A DNA stretch of 64,000 nucleotides from Mobula hypostoma (taxonomy: Eukaryota): assembly GCF_963921235.1 (NCBI RefSeq), contig NC_086098.1:3472001-3536000 (forward strand). Reading direction: 5' to 3'. This document shows positions 22,631-36,395 of this stretch, one piece after another; positions within the stretch are counted from its first letter, which is position 1, and each line of letters opens with the position of its first letter. The notes below the pieces were generated by a model, which was given only the letters and a program-made list of their open reading frames with translations, was not told where the DNA came from and searched no databases. Made by a program: the position numbers and the translations under genes.

Positions 22631-25191
22631 GAAATATACACCTTTATATAGATTATTTGGGTACAACAGTTCCTGTTTTCGTTATACTAGGATACATGCT
22701 AAATGTTTGTATAAAACATTGCTACATCTATGTTGTTTGAGTGTACTGACTGCTTGACATGAATATTGGATTCAAAAAAACATAGAGGCGTCTACATTCA
22801 GAGCCTTTGTAGATGTTGTTCCCTAAGAATGATCAATTTAATTGTTCTTAATCTTATCTAGGTAAAGATGCTGAACACACTTGTGAAACAGAATAAAAGA
22901 GCTATATTTAAGGGAATTGTATTTTCTATTAAACTACATGCTCAGGATAAGGTCCTGATGAAGGGTCTCAACCCAAAATATCAGCTCTTTATTGCTCTCC
23001 AAAAATGTTGCCTGACCTGCTGAGTTCCTTCAGCATTTCCATAATGCCATAAGATATAGGAGCAGAATTAGGCCATTTGGCCCATCGAGTCTGCTCTGCC
23101 TTTTCGTCATGGCAAATTCAATTTTCCTTTCAGCCCCAATCTCATGCCTTATCCTTTCATGACCTGATTCATCAAGATTCTGTCAACCTTTGCCTTAAGT
23201 ATACATAACGACCTGGCTTCCACAGCAGCATGTTGAAAAAAACTTCCTCCCACAATCCAAAGATGTACCGGTTGGTAGGAGAATTGGTCGTTGTTTATTG
23301 TTGTGTGATTAGGTGAGAGTTAAGTAGGTGGGCTTCTGGGCAACATGGCTCATTGATCCAGAAGGAACTGCTCCGTGCTGTATCTCTAAGTAAATAAATA
23401 AATTGTATTTATTAAATAAACATCTCACTCTTTGACCAGTGTTCAACTTTGGCATCTTGAAGTAAAATGTTTTCACAAGGACATAAGAGAAGCAGGAATT
23501 GGCCACTCGGCTCATCAGCGACAGCCTTGCTGTTCAGTATCTTCGCAGCTGATGTACCCCATCCTCAGCTCTGTGTCTGCACCAGTTCCTCATCATCCTC
23601 TGTTCTTCAATCTGTCAGTTTTTCAAATCTGTTTCCACTTTAAACACGTCAAACAAGTTAACCTAACACAAGGGATTCTCCAGAGGCTGGAAATCCAGAG
23701 CAGCGCACACTGAATGCTGGAGGAACTCAGCGGGTCAGGCAGCAGTAAACAGAATGTATTTTAGAGAGGAATAACCAGATGACATTTTGGGCTGAGACCC
23801 TTCATCAGGATTGGAAAGGAAGGGGGGTAGGAGCCAGAATAAGAAGATGGAGAGAGGGGGATGAACTGAGAAGCTGGAATAATTTGGCCTCCAGACTCCC
23901 AGAGGTGGAGAATTCCAAGGATTCGCCATCCTCCAAGAGCCATGGTGGCCTAATAGCTACTGTGGTGCCATTACAGCTCGAGGCATCAGAATTCGGAGTT
24001 CAATTCCGGCACCCTCTGTAAGCAAATTTGTACATCCTTCCTCTGTGCACGTAGGTTTCCTCTGGTGCTACATCTTCCTCCACGGCCCAAAGATGTACCA
24101 GTTAGTAGGTTAATTGGTCATTATGAATTGTCCTGAATGTTGTATCTTCAACACTTCATGGGACATTAGCAGTCACACAAGGTGACTTAATCAGGAAAAG
24201 TGATGTGAACTTTGACCTAAGAAGGAGCTTCTCAAGGGAGAGGAAGAGGCTAATGGGTTTTATAGAAGGTGTTTCAGAGCTCAGTCCCTTGGTATCTGGA
24301 AGTAAGATGATCATGTTGGTTCAAGGCAGGATTCCTTGAAGGATGTCCATTTAGAAAAGAGATGAGGAAAAGTTTCTTTTGCCAGAAGGTGGTGAATCAG
24401 TAGAATTCATTGGCACTGACAGCTCTGCAAGCATTGGGTATATTTAAAGCAGAGGTTGATAGGCTCTTGTTCAGTCAGGGTGACAAAGGTTACGGGGAGA
24501 AGTCAGGAGAATGGGGTTGAGAGGGATAATAAATCAGCCACGATAGAATGGTGGAACAGGCTCGATGGACTGAATGGCCTAATTCTACTCCCAGTCCTTA
24601 TTAGGCTTGGGTTAGATCGGTGAGTTGTTGGGTGGTTAATTAAAGTTAGGCTGGAAGAACCTGTTCCGTGCTGTATATCTAAATAAATAAAATAAACTTT
24701 TATGCGCCTCAATTCTAAATGGACAGCCCCTGCTTTGCATCTTTGTCCCCTTGTCTGCGACTCTCCTACTAGTTTCCAAGTTGTACTAATAGTTAAAGTA
24801 ATCATGTAGGCCAGAGATTGAAGTGAAGGATTCCTTCATTCCAGAGAAACAACATAACTTGCAGCTCCCCAAATAATTCCAAATTAAATTTAATATGCTT
24901 ATAGCCCATACATGGCTGTTATAAATCCATTCAAGCATGGTATCATTTTAAATTATGCACATATCACAGGGTTGAATTGGAGTATCACCAATGTATGTCA
25001 CTGCAAATGGCGTGCTATTTGCAATAATTGATACCCAATACACCAGGAATCATCTGAGCTGTAATCTAACAATAAATATCATCACCATTGTCCGGGAAAT
25101 TGAAAATGATGTTACTGCATAGCTGATTGAAGTAAATGCGAGCAGGGCAATTTTCTGCTCTGATGTTCATATGTTTGGGCAAGGGTGGCAG

Positions 25192-25262
<71 letters not shown>

Positions 25263-25285
25263 TGTCTGTCTGTGTATGTGTGTGT
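25192..25285. repeat. (TG)n microsatellite with TCTG extension
   Basis: Direct reading. Confidence 0.98.
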
Positions 25286-25529
25286 ACACGCATGCGCCTC
25301 TGATAAATTGAGTAATTGCTGCTATGTTTTCCAGAGTGAAGTATTTTCTCACTTACCAAAGGAAATGGATAGACTACAAGAACTGTTTTCTGCTGCTTGT
25401 GAACAAGATACCTAAAAAACTCACCATTCATTGTTTTAAGAGCATTGTTAAACGAGGGGAAGATCTGCCCCCCCCCCAAAAGATGCTCTGTCTACTTCTG
25501 TTCACTGACTGCATGAAGAGAGTGAGCTG

Positions 25530-26030
25530 CTCTCTTCCCTCTGCTGCTATCAGGAAGGAGATACAGGAGCCTCAGGGCCCACACTACTAGACTCAGGAAC
25601 AGTTAATATCCCGTCAACCATCGGGAAGCAGGTACAGGAGCCTCAGGTCCCTCACTAACAGGTTCAGGAACAGTTATTAACCCTCAACCATCAGGCTCCT
25701 GAACCAAAGGGATATAACTTCATTCCACTTCTCTCATCCTATCACTGAACTGCTTCCACAACCTATGGACTCAATTTTAAGGACTCTACAACTTATGTTC
25801 TCAATATTTATTGCTTATTTATTATTAATATTATTATTTTTTCTCCTTTTGTGTTTGCGAAGTTTGTTGTCCTTTACACAGTGGTTATTTGTCCATCTCT
25901 GTTGTTTGCAGTTTTTCATTGATTCTGTTGGGTCTCTTTCTATTTATTATGAATGCCTGCAAGGAAATGAATCTTAGGGTAGTATATGATGACGTATGTG
26001 TACTTTGATAACAAATTTACTTTGAAATTT
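25530..26030 (+). mobile_element. Rex1-like LINE 3' end with an internal 71-bp tandem duplication
   Basis: CAGGAGCCTCAGG at 25564 and 25635; long T-rich 3' UTR also seen at 61260-61650. Confidence 0.65.
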
Positions 26031-27005
26031 GATGCAGATAAACCCATGCTGTAGATGGGCCACATCATCAGAAGGGATGGAATTGCCTAGCAAGGAACAT
26101 ACTTTGGCCCTGGCTCACCCAGTAACCTGCAGACACGGATAAGCCCAAGAATCTCGGATCGGTTGACAGTGCAAGTAAAAATGCTTCCAGGCAACACCCC
26201 TAACATTTAGGCAACTATTCAAGGGTCTAAAGAGGGTAAAAAGCTGCTGTTACTTGGGTCTGTTGGGCAATGTAACTCACAATCCCACTAGCCAAAACTT
26301 ACACTATATTACAGTCATGCAATATGTCTTGTGGTGAGGGGCGGTGAATCAGTGGACTCCATTGCCACAGACAGCGGTGGAGGCCAAAGTTATTGAGCTT
26401 ATTTAAAGTGGAGACTGATAGGTTCTTGTTAAGTCAGGATGTCAAAAGTTACAGGGAGAAGGCAGGAGAATGGAGTTGAGAGGGATAATAAATCAAGCAT
26501 AGTGGAATGGCAGAGCCAACTCAATGGGCCAAATGGTCTAATTCTGCTCCTTTGTCTGAGGGTCTTAATGGTATAGTGTACAGCAGCTCTTCCACAAGTA
26601 GTAAGATTAAATTCCAGCCCACACCGCTCCAGGCAATATCAGGAACAAGTGCTACCAGCATCAACAGGGTTTCACTTCCACCAGTAGAGAGGGCTGAGGA
26701 CATTTTGGCCTGCTGTTTTTGTGATACAGGAATATTGAATCCTACCTTATCCGCCTAGGGGCAAAAGACATTCTCCAGAAAAGGCAGATAAAATTTCAAT
26801 TTGCTACTATGTTCACATCCATAATATTTAAAAGATATTTTAAATTATTTTAAAGATAAAATCCAATGACTTATTAATAAAAGAACTTAAGATATAATAT
26901 CCTAATCAAATCATTGAATGAAAATTTAATTGGCTAATTTTGCTTATACATTCACTCATAATAAACTAATTTTTCCAATATTTAAGTGTTTTACATCTGG
27001 ATATA

Positions 27006-27628
27006 CAGTCAGTGGCCATTTTATTAGGTACAGGAGTGGAACCCGGTGTGCTCTTCTGTTGTTGTAGTTCATCCACTTCAAGTTTCAATGTGTTGTGTGT
27101 TCAGAGATGTTCTTCTGCACACCACTGTTGTAATGTGTGGTTATTTGAGTTACTGTCGCCTTCCTGTTAGTTTGAACCAGTCTGGCCATTCTCCCCTGAC
27201 CTCTCTCATTAACAAGGTATTTCCACCCACAGAATTGCCACTCACTGGATGTCATTTTGTTTTTGTTTTCACACCATTCTCGGTGAACTCTATAGCTGGG
27301 GTTCCCAACCTTTTTTTATGACATGGACCCCTACCATTAACTGAGAGGTCAGTGCACCACAGGTTAGGAATCGCTATGACTGCTGTGCGTGAAAATCCCA
27401 GGAGATCAACAATTTCTGAGATACTCAAACCACCCCATCTGGCACCAACAATCAATCCATGGTCAAAGTCATTTAAATCACATTTCTTCACCATTCTGAT
27501 GTTTGATCTGAAGAACAACTGAACCTCTTGACCATGTCTGCATGCTTTAATGCTTTCAGTTGCCGACACGAGATTGGCTGATTAGCAAACGGATGTTCAG
27601 GTGTACTTAACAAAGTGGCCTCTGAGTG
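27006..27628 (-). mobile_element. Non-autonomous Tc1-like DNA transposon
   Basis: TIRs CAGTCAGTGGCCATTTTATTAGGTACA / TGTACTTAACAAAGTGGCCTCTGAGTG, TA on both sides; transposase N-terminus KKCDLNDFDHGLIVGAR.GGLSISEIVDLLGFSRT. Confidence 0.9.
27296..27376. mobile_element. Small hAT/Charlie-like MITE nested in the Tc1 element
   Basis: Imperfect TIRs CTGGGGTTCCCAACCT / AGGTTAGGAATCGCTA; absent from the sister Tc1 copy at 60525-61102. Confidence 0.65.
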
Positions 27629-27839
27629 TACATTTGTTACATTAATAAAAGTGCATATAATCCATGAATACAATGTAGTAAATTGAATACTGTGGTCAGG
27701 CAGTTCCTCTGAAATTGATAACATTGTGTGAGAAATGTAGTTACTTAGTTACAAAGTGATTAACTTATATTGTAGTTATTGAGATCAATTGAACAATGAA
27801 ACTACTAATATAATATGGGACATGTAAAATGTGACTGAA

Positions 27840-28390
27840 ACAGGCCTCCTCTTCTGCTATGATGAGGCTATTCTCAGTGTGGAGGAGCAACCCCTCATAT
27901 TCCATCTGGGTAGCCTCTAACTTGGTGGCATGAACATCGATTTCTCCTTCCAGTAATTATTTTTTTTCCTTTTTTCCCCCTGCCCCTTCTCCTTCCAGTA
28001 ATTATTTTTTGTTTTTTTCCCCGCCCCTTCCCTCTTCTCTATTCCCCACTCTAGCCCCATAACTCTTTTACTCACCTGCTTTTCACCTCTCCCAGTACAT
28101 CTCCTCCTTCTCTTTCCTGATGAGCAACACTCCTCTCCCAACAGATTCCTTCTTCTTCAGCTCTTTGCTTTTCCACCTATTACCTACCAACTTTTTAATT
28201 CTTCCCCATCCTCCAGCAACCTGGCTTGACCTATCACCTTCCATCTTGCCCTCGACCCACCAGTTTATTCTGTTTGCCCTTCTTTTCCAGTCCTGATGAT
28301 GGGTCTCGGCACAAGACATCAGACCTACTGAGTTCCTCCAGCTATTTGTGCGTGTTACTCTGGATTTCCAGCATCTACAGAATCCCTTGT
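27840..28390 (+). mobile_element. Penelope-like 3' end with an internal 45-bp duplication
   Basis: Degenerate EEQ.LIF.LGSL...GMNIDFS C-terminus, pyrimidine tract, CAGTCCTGATGATGGGTCTCGGC. Confidence 0.8.
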
Positions 28391-28711
28391 GATCATGAAG
28401 TGAAGTGATATCTGAAACCTCAAGCAAGGAGACTCTTAATCAGTGACTATCTGTACAGATGGGTGCCACATGTCTTTTCAAAAAGTTAAATAGAGCTAAT
28501 TCAATATGAACTAACACACGAAATGCTGGAGGAACTGAACAGGTTGAAATCCTTCCTTGGGACTGGAAACGAACCATCCAACAAAATCTAGGAGTCCATC
28601 TACTGGTTCTACAGAGAGGGAGAAATAGTACCTGTCAAGGTGAGGGTGTCCACGTCACTACTACTGCATTCTCTGCTCACAATGTATTCATCAGATCAAG
28701 ATTAAATTGGA

Positions 28712-29448
28712 TTATAACTATATAACCATATAACCTTATTACAATTACAGCACGGAAACAGGCCATCTCGGCCCTTCTAGTCCATGCCAAACTCTTATTC
28801 TCACCTAGTCCCACTGACCTCCACTCAGCCCATAACCCTCCATTCCTTTCCTGTCCAATTTAACTTTAAACGACAACATCGAACCTGCCTCAACCACTTC
28901 TGTTGCAAGCTCGTTCCACACAGCTACCACTCTCTGAGTAAAGAAGTTCCCCCTCATGTTACCCCTAAATTTTTTCCCTTTAACTCTCAACTCATGTCCT
29001 CTTGTTTGAATCTCCCCCATTCTCAATGGAAAAAGCCTATCCACGTCAACTCTATCTATCCCCCTCATAATTTTAAATACCTCTGTCAAGTCCCCCTTCA
29101 AGCTTCTATGCTCCAAAGAATAAAGACCTAACTTGTTCAACCTTTCTCTGTAACTTAGGAGATGAAACCCAGGCAACATTTTAGTAAATCTCCTCTGTAC
29201 TCAATTTTATTGACATCTTTCCAGATCTGTACACAATACTCCAAATTTGGCCTCACCAATGCCTTCTACAATTTCAACATTACATCCCAACTCCTATACT
29301 CAATGCTCTGATTAATAAAGGCCAGCATACCAAAAGCTTTCTTTACCACCCTATCCACAGGAGATTCCACCTTCAGGGAACTATGCACCATTATTCCTAG
29401 ATCCCTCTGTTCTACTGCATTCTTCAATGCCCTACCATTTACCATGTA
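28712..29448 (-). mobile_element. CR1 3' fragment (TATAACCA-tail subfamily)
   Basis: ORF 28805-29179; highly similar to 33197-33965 and 48594-49350. Confidence 0.92.
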
Positions 29449-29524
29449 TAATTACATTATTATTACATGCAATTATAATTACATGCATTATTACAGTATG
29501 CATTAATTTTACTGCAAGCACAAC

Positions 29525-29898
29525 CTTGCCAATAACCTGTCTCCAACTTCTAGTAATTTCCCCCCTCCCCTTTCTCTCTTTTTCTATTCCCCACTCTAGT
29601 TCCTCTCTTACCCTTTCTCTTCTCCTCACTCTCTTACCACCTTATTCTGGTTCCCTGCCTCCTTCCTTTTCTCCCATGGTCCACTCTCCTCTCCGATGAG
29701 ATTCCTTCTTCTTCTTCAGCCCTTTTACCTTTTCCACTTATCAATTTCCAGCTTCTTACTTCATAACCCCTCCCCACTATCCACCCACTTTCTGCCTTAC
29801 CTGGTCTCATCCATCACCTTCTAGTTTATCCTCCCTCCCCTTCCCTCACCTTGTTACTATGCCTCTTTCCCCCTTCCTCTCCAGTCCTGATGAAGGGT
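29525..29898 (+). mobile_element. Penelope 3' fragment truncated inside the hammerhead motif
   Basis: Pyrimidine tract ending CCAGTCCTGATGAAGGGT. Confidence 0.75.
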
Positions 29899-31938
29899 AG
29901 ATATATGAGTTTTTAAAAAGGCAGAAAATGGACAAATTCATAGGTTCATAAATAGTGAGTACCAGGTGATAATAATTATAAATGTAAAAAAAGCAGAAAA
30001 GGCTGGCCACACCGAAAATATAGATGTGTTTAATTCCTCAAAAGATGACTGGATCATATATACTATGCTAATTGAACAGTATTTTCAAGCAAATGAAATA
30101 GGCAATGAGAATCTAGTAACAGTTTTGCTGAGCGCATTGGATTAAAGACAATTGGCATTGAAATTTAACAGCACCAATAAAACCAGCCAAAATGAGCTTT
30201 GCTGATATTGTGAAAGTTATCCAGAAACATTTAGAGCCAAAACCATTATTGATTACTGAACACTTTATGTTTCATAAGTGGAATCAAAAGGAAGGGAAGT
30301 CCATTTCACCATAGATGGATGAATTGAAGAGATTGTTTGAGCATTGTCAGTCCGGTACTGGGCTTAATAATGCACTGAGAGATCATTTAGTTTGTGAAAC
30401 CTGACAAGAAAGCTTTCAAAAATGGCTTCTAACAGAAGTGCAATTTACATTTAAAAGAGCAATTGAAATATCTGTATCAATGGAAACAGCGGACAGAGAC
30501 ACAATTGAATCGAAGTCAAGAATGAAGTTGAGTGTGAACAAAATTGGAAAGTCAAAACAGAAATCTGCCCGGCCAAACAAATTGTGTTACTGTTGTGGCA
30601 GAGGTTTACATTCACCAGACCAATGCAGGATTAAAGGTGAAACATACAGAAAATACAACAAAATAGGACACATAGAAAGAGTATGTCAGGCAGACAAAAT
30701 TAAATAGACGGCACAAGGAAGAGAAAAAGATAAACAGTCAGGATGCAGATTCAAGAAGAGTACAAAGTTGCATGCTGTTGATGAAAAATCTGATAATGAT
30801 GAGAATGACACAGGACTGAGTAGCCTTGAGATTTGTATTGTGAAAAATAACAATAGACAAGCAATATGGTTTACACTGAAGTGAACAGCAAATTAATAAA
30901 AATGTAATTGGACACTAGCTTAGTTGTCCACAAAATGAGTCCGAATGGCATTTCAAAGTTTCAATTTCGAACGAGGTTGAAGGTGATATCAAATGCACGG
31001 CAACTCTGGCTGGGTCTGCAAGACATTACTTCCTACAAAGCAAAACCCAGTAGTATGAATGGCAGCAATGTTTCACAACCAGATGAACTCAATGCCTTCG
31101 ATGCATGCTTTGAAAGGGAGAACACAACTACAGCTGTGAAGATCCCTGCTGCACCCAATGACCCTGTGATCTCTGTCTCAGAGGCCAATGTTAGGCTGTC
31201 TTTAAAAGAGAGTGAACCCTCGCCAGGTGGAAGGTCCTGATGGAATACCTGGTAAGGCTCTGGTGATCTGTACCAACCAATTGGCGGGAGTATTCAAGGA
31301 CATTTTCTCACAATCCTGATTGAGGAGTTGCAGAACCTGGGCCTCTGTACCTCCCTCTGAAATTGGATTCTCGACTTCCTAACTGGAAGACCACAACCTG
31401 TGCAGATTGGTGATAACATCTCCTCCTCGCTGACGATCAACATTGGCGCACCTCAGTGATGTATGCTTAGCCTACTGCTCTACTCTATATATACATGACT
31501 GTGTGGCTAGTCATAGCTCAAATACCATCTACAAATTTACTGACGATACTATGATTATCGGTAGAATCTCAGGTGGTACGAGAGGGCGTACAAGATTGAC
31601 ATATGCCAATTAGCGAAATGGTGCCGCAGCAACAACCTGGCACTCAATGTCAGTATGACCAAAGAGCTGATTGAGGACTTCAGGAAGGGTAAGATGAAGG
31701 AACACATACCAATCCTCATAGAGAGATCAGAAGTGGAGAGAGTGAGCAGCTTCAAGTTCCTGGGTGTCAAGATCTCTGAGGATCTAATCCAGTCCCAACA
31801 TATTGATGTAGTCATAAAAAAGGCAAGACACGGGGGTACTTTATAAGGAGTTTGAAACGATTTGGCATGTCAACAAATACGATCAAAAACTTCTACAGTT
31901 GCACCGTGGAGAGCATTCTGACAGGCTGTATCACCGTC

Positions 31939-33108
31939 CGTCAGGAGATTAGTGTGCAAACTTAAAGCACACGGTATTGGGGGTAAGGTATTGGTGTGGG
32001 TGGAGAATTGGTTAGCAGACAGGAAGCAAAGAGTGGGAATAAACGGGACCTTTTCAGAATGGCAGGCGGTGACTAGTGGGGTACCGCAAGGCTCAGTGCT
32101 GGGACCTCAGTTGTTTACAATATATATTAATGACTTGGATGAGGGAATTAAATGCAGCATCTCCAAGTTTGCGGATGACACGAAGCTGGGTGGCAGTGTT
32201 AGCAGTGAGGAGGATGCTAAGAGGATGCAGGGTGACTTGGATAGGTTGGGTGAGTGGGCAAACTCATGGCAGATGCAATTTAATGTGGATAAATGTGAAG
32301 TTATCCACTTTGGTGGCAAAAATAGGAAAACAGATTATTATCTGAATGGTGGCCGATTAGGAAAAGGGGAGGTGCAACGAGACCTGGGTGTCATTATACA
32401 CCAGTCATTGAAAGTGGGCATGCAGGTACAGCAGGCGGTGAAAAAGGCGAACAGTATGCTGGCATTTATAGCGAGAGGATTCGAGTACAGGAGCAGGGAG
32501 GTACTACTACAGTTGTACAAGGCCTTGGTGAGACCACACCTGGAGTATTGTGTGCAGTTTTGGTCCCCTAATCTGAGGAAAGACATCTTTGCCATAGAGG
32601 GAGTACAAAGAAGGTTCACCAGATTGATTCCTGGGATGGCAGGTCTTTCATATGAAGAAAGACTGGATGAACTGGGCTTGTACTCGTTGGAATTTAGAAG
32701 ATTGAGGGGGGATCTGATTGAAACGTATAAGATCCTAAAGGGATTGGACAGGCTAGATGCGGGAAGATTGTTCCCGATGTTGGGGAGGTCCAGAACGAGG
32801 GGTCACAGTTTGAGGATAGAGGGGAAGCCTTTTAGGACCGAGATTAGGAAAAACTTCTTCACACAGAGAGTGGTGAATCTGTGGAATTCTCTGCCACAGC
32901 AAACTGTTGAGGCCAGTTCATTGGCTATGTTTAAGAGGGAGTTAGATATGGCCCTTGTGGCTACAGGGGTCAGGGGGTATGGAGGGAAGGCTGGGTTCTG
33001 AGTTGGATGATCAGCCATGATCATAATAAATGGCGGTGCAGGCTCGAAGGGCCGAATGGCCTACTCCTGCACCTATTTTCTATGTTTCTATGTTTCTATG
33101 TTTCTATG
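31939..33108 (+). mobile_element. Young CR1 LINE with an uninterrupted 349-aa RT/C-terminal ORF (31952-33001)
   Basis: SGVPQGSVLGPQLFTIYINDLD, KFADDTK, RDLGV, RPHLEYCVQFWSP; (TTTCTATG)n tail. Confidence 0.96.
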
Positions 33109-33196
33109 TATGGAGGAGCTACTGCAGAGGACTGAAAGAAGCTGCAAAAGGTTGTAAATCTAGCCAGCTCCATCTTGGACACCAGCTTACAAAGTA

Positions 33197-36100
33197 TATA
33201 ATCATATAATCATATATAACCATATAACAATTACTGCACGGAAACAGGCCATCTCAGCCCTTCTCGTCCGTGCTGAACTCTTACTCTCACCTAGTCCCAC
33301 CAACCTGCACTCAGCCCATAACCCTCCATTCCTTTCCTGTCCACATAGCTGTCCAATTTAACTTTAAACGACAACATCGAACCTTCCTCAACCACTTCTG
33401 CTGGAAGCTCATTCCACACAACTACCACTCTATGAGTAAAGAAGTTTCCCCTCATGTTACCCCTAAACTTTTTCCCTTTAACTCTCAACTCATGTCCTCT
33501 TGTTTGAATCTCCCCCACTCTCAATGGTAAAAGCCTATCCATGTCAACTCTATCAATCCCCCTCATAATTTTAAATACCTCTTTCAAGTACCCCCTCAAC
33601 CTTCTACACTCCAAAGAATAAAGACCCAACTTGTTCAACCTTTCTCTGTAACTTAGGTGATGAAACTCAGGTAACATTCTAGTAAATCTTCTCTGTACTC
33701 TCTCTATTTTGTTGACATCTTTCCTATAATTCGGTGACCAAAACTGTACACAATACCACAAATTTGGCCTCACCAATGCCTTATACAATTTCAACATTAC
33801 ATCCCAACTCCTATACTCAATGCTCTGATATAAAGGCCAGCATACCAAAAGCTTTCTTCACCACCCTATCCACATGAGATTCCACCTTCAGGAAAATATG
33901 CACCATTATTCCGAGATCCCTCTGTTCTACTGCATTCTTCAATGTCCTACCATTTACCATGTACGTCCTATTTTAATTAGTCCTACCAAAATGTAGCACC
34001 TCACGTTTATCAGCATTAAACTCCATCTGCCATCTTTCAGCCCACTCTTCTAACCGGCCTAAATCTCTCTGCAAGCTTTGAATACCTACTTCATTATCCA
34101 CAAATCCACCTATCTTAGTAGCATCTGCATACTTACTCATCCAATTTACCACCCCATCATCCAGATCATTAATGTATATGACAAATAACATTGGACCCAG
34201 TACAGATCCCTGAGGTACACCACTAGTCACCGACCTCCAATCTGACAAACAGTTATTCACCACCACTCTCTGGCGTCTCACATCCAGCCACTGCTGAATC
34301 CATTTTACTACTTCAATATTAATACCTAACAATTAAACCTTCCTAACCAACCTTCCATGTGTGACCTTGTCAAAGACCTTACTGAAGTCCATATAGACAA
34401 CATCCACCGCTTTACCCTCGTCAACTTTCCTAGTAACCTCCTCAAAAAATTCAATAAGATTTGTCAAACATGACCTTCCATGCACAAATCCATGTTGACT
34501 GCTCCTAATCAGACCCTGTCTATCCAGATAATTATATATACCATCTCTAAGAATACTTCCATCAACTTACCCACCACTGACGTCAAACTCACAGGCTGAT
34601 AATTGCTAGGTTTACTCATCGAACCCTTTTTAAACAATGGAACCACATGAGCAATACACCAATCCTCCGGCACCATCCCCGTTTGTAATGACATTTGAAA
34701 TATTTCTGTCAGAGCCCCTGCTATTTCCATACTAACTTCCCTCAAAGTCCTAGGGAATATCCTGTCAGGACCCGGAGACTTATCCACCTTTATATTCCTT
34801 AAAAGCTCCAGTACTTCCTCTTCTTTAACCATCATAGTTTTCATAACTTCCCTACCTGTTTCCCTTATCTTACAGAATTCAATATTCTTCTCTTTTGTGA
34901 ATACCAAAGAAAAAGAAATTGTTCAGAATCCCCCCCATCTCTTTTGGCTCCACACATAGCTGTCCACTCTGATTCTCTAAGGGACCAATTTTATCCCTCA
35001 CTATCCTTTTGCTATTAATATAATGGTAGAAACCCTTGGGACTTATTTTCACCTTACTTGCCAAAGCAACCTCATATCTTCTTTCAGCTTTTCTAATTTC
35101 TTTCTTAAGATTCTTTTTACATTCTTTATATTCCTCGAGCACCTCATTTACTCCATGCTGCCTATATTTATTGTAGATATCTCTCTTTTTCAGAACCAAG
35201 TTTCCAATATCCCTTGAAAACCATGGCTCTTTCAAACTTTTAACCTTGCCTTTCAACCTAACAGGAACATAAAGATTCTGTAATCTCAAAATTTCACTTT
35301 TAAATGACCGACATTTCTCAATTACATTCTTCCCATATTAAAAAAATTGTCCCAATCCACTCCTTCTTAATCCTTTCGCGTCTCCTCAAAGTTAGCCTTT
35401 CTCCAATCAAAAATCTCAACCCTGGGACCAGACCTATCCTGCTCCATAATTATATTGAAACTAATAGCATTGTGATCACTGGACCCGAAGTGCTCCCCAA
35501 CACAAACCTCCATCATCTGACCTACCTCATTTCCTAACAGGAGATCCAACACTGCCCCTTCTCTAGTTGGTACCTCGATGTATTGCTGCAAAAAACTACC
35601 CTGCATACATTTTACAAACTCCAAACCATCCAGCCCTTTTACAGTATGGGCTTCCCAGTCTATGTGTGGAAAATTAAAATCTCCCACAATCACAACCTTG
35701 TGCTTACTACAAATATCTGCTATCTCCTCACAAATTTGCTCCTCCAATTCTCGCTCCCCATTTGGTGGTCTATAATACACCCCGATAAGAATTACTACAC
35801 CTTTCCCATTCCTCAGTTCCACCCAAATAGCCTCCCTAGTCGAGCCCTCTAATCTATCCTGCCAGAGCACCGCTGTAATATTTTCTCTGACAAGCAATGC
35901 AACACCTCCCCCTCTTGTCCCTCCAATTCTATCACACCTGAAGCAACGAAATCCTGGAATATTTAGTTGCCAATCACACCCCTCCTGCAACCATGTTTCA
36001 CTAGTAGCTACCACATCATACTTCCAGGTATCAATCCATGCTCTAAGCTCCTCCACCTTTCTTATAATGCTCCTAGCATTAAAATAAATGCATTTAAGAA

Positions 36101-36395
36101 ATTTCCACCTCTTTCTCTCTGTTTATCGCTAACGGTGCAAACAACTTTACTATTTTCATTTTCTTCCTTCTTCCCTACATCTGTTCCTACACTCTGGTTC
36201 CCCTCCCCCCTCGTATCTAGTTTAAATCCACTGGAGCCTCTCTAGCAAACCTACCTGCAAGAATATTTGTCCCTCTCCAGTTCAGATGTGGACCGTCCTG
36301 CCGGAACATGTCCCACCTTCCCTGGAAAACTGCCCAATTATCTATAAATCTGAAGCCCTCCCTCCTGCACCATGTCTTCAGCCACATGTTGATCT
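33197..36395 (-). mobile_element. 3.2-kb CR1 LINE: ORF1 esterase C-terminus plus complete but disrupted ORF2 (APE endonuclease and RT)
   Basis: ORF 35367-36056 SETWL, YYRPP, VGDFNFP, LDL, SDHN; ORF1 WCRREGFRFIDNW..DGPHLN; GTAT duplicated at 33194-33197 and 36396-36399. Confidence 0.95.

Noticed and set aside
25066..25479. ORFs with HT/CV dipeptide runs
   Set aside because: Translation of a (TG)n microsatellite
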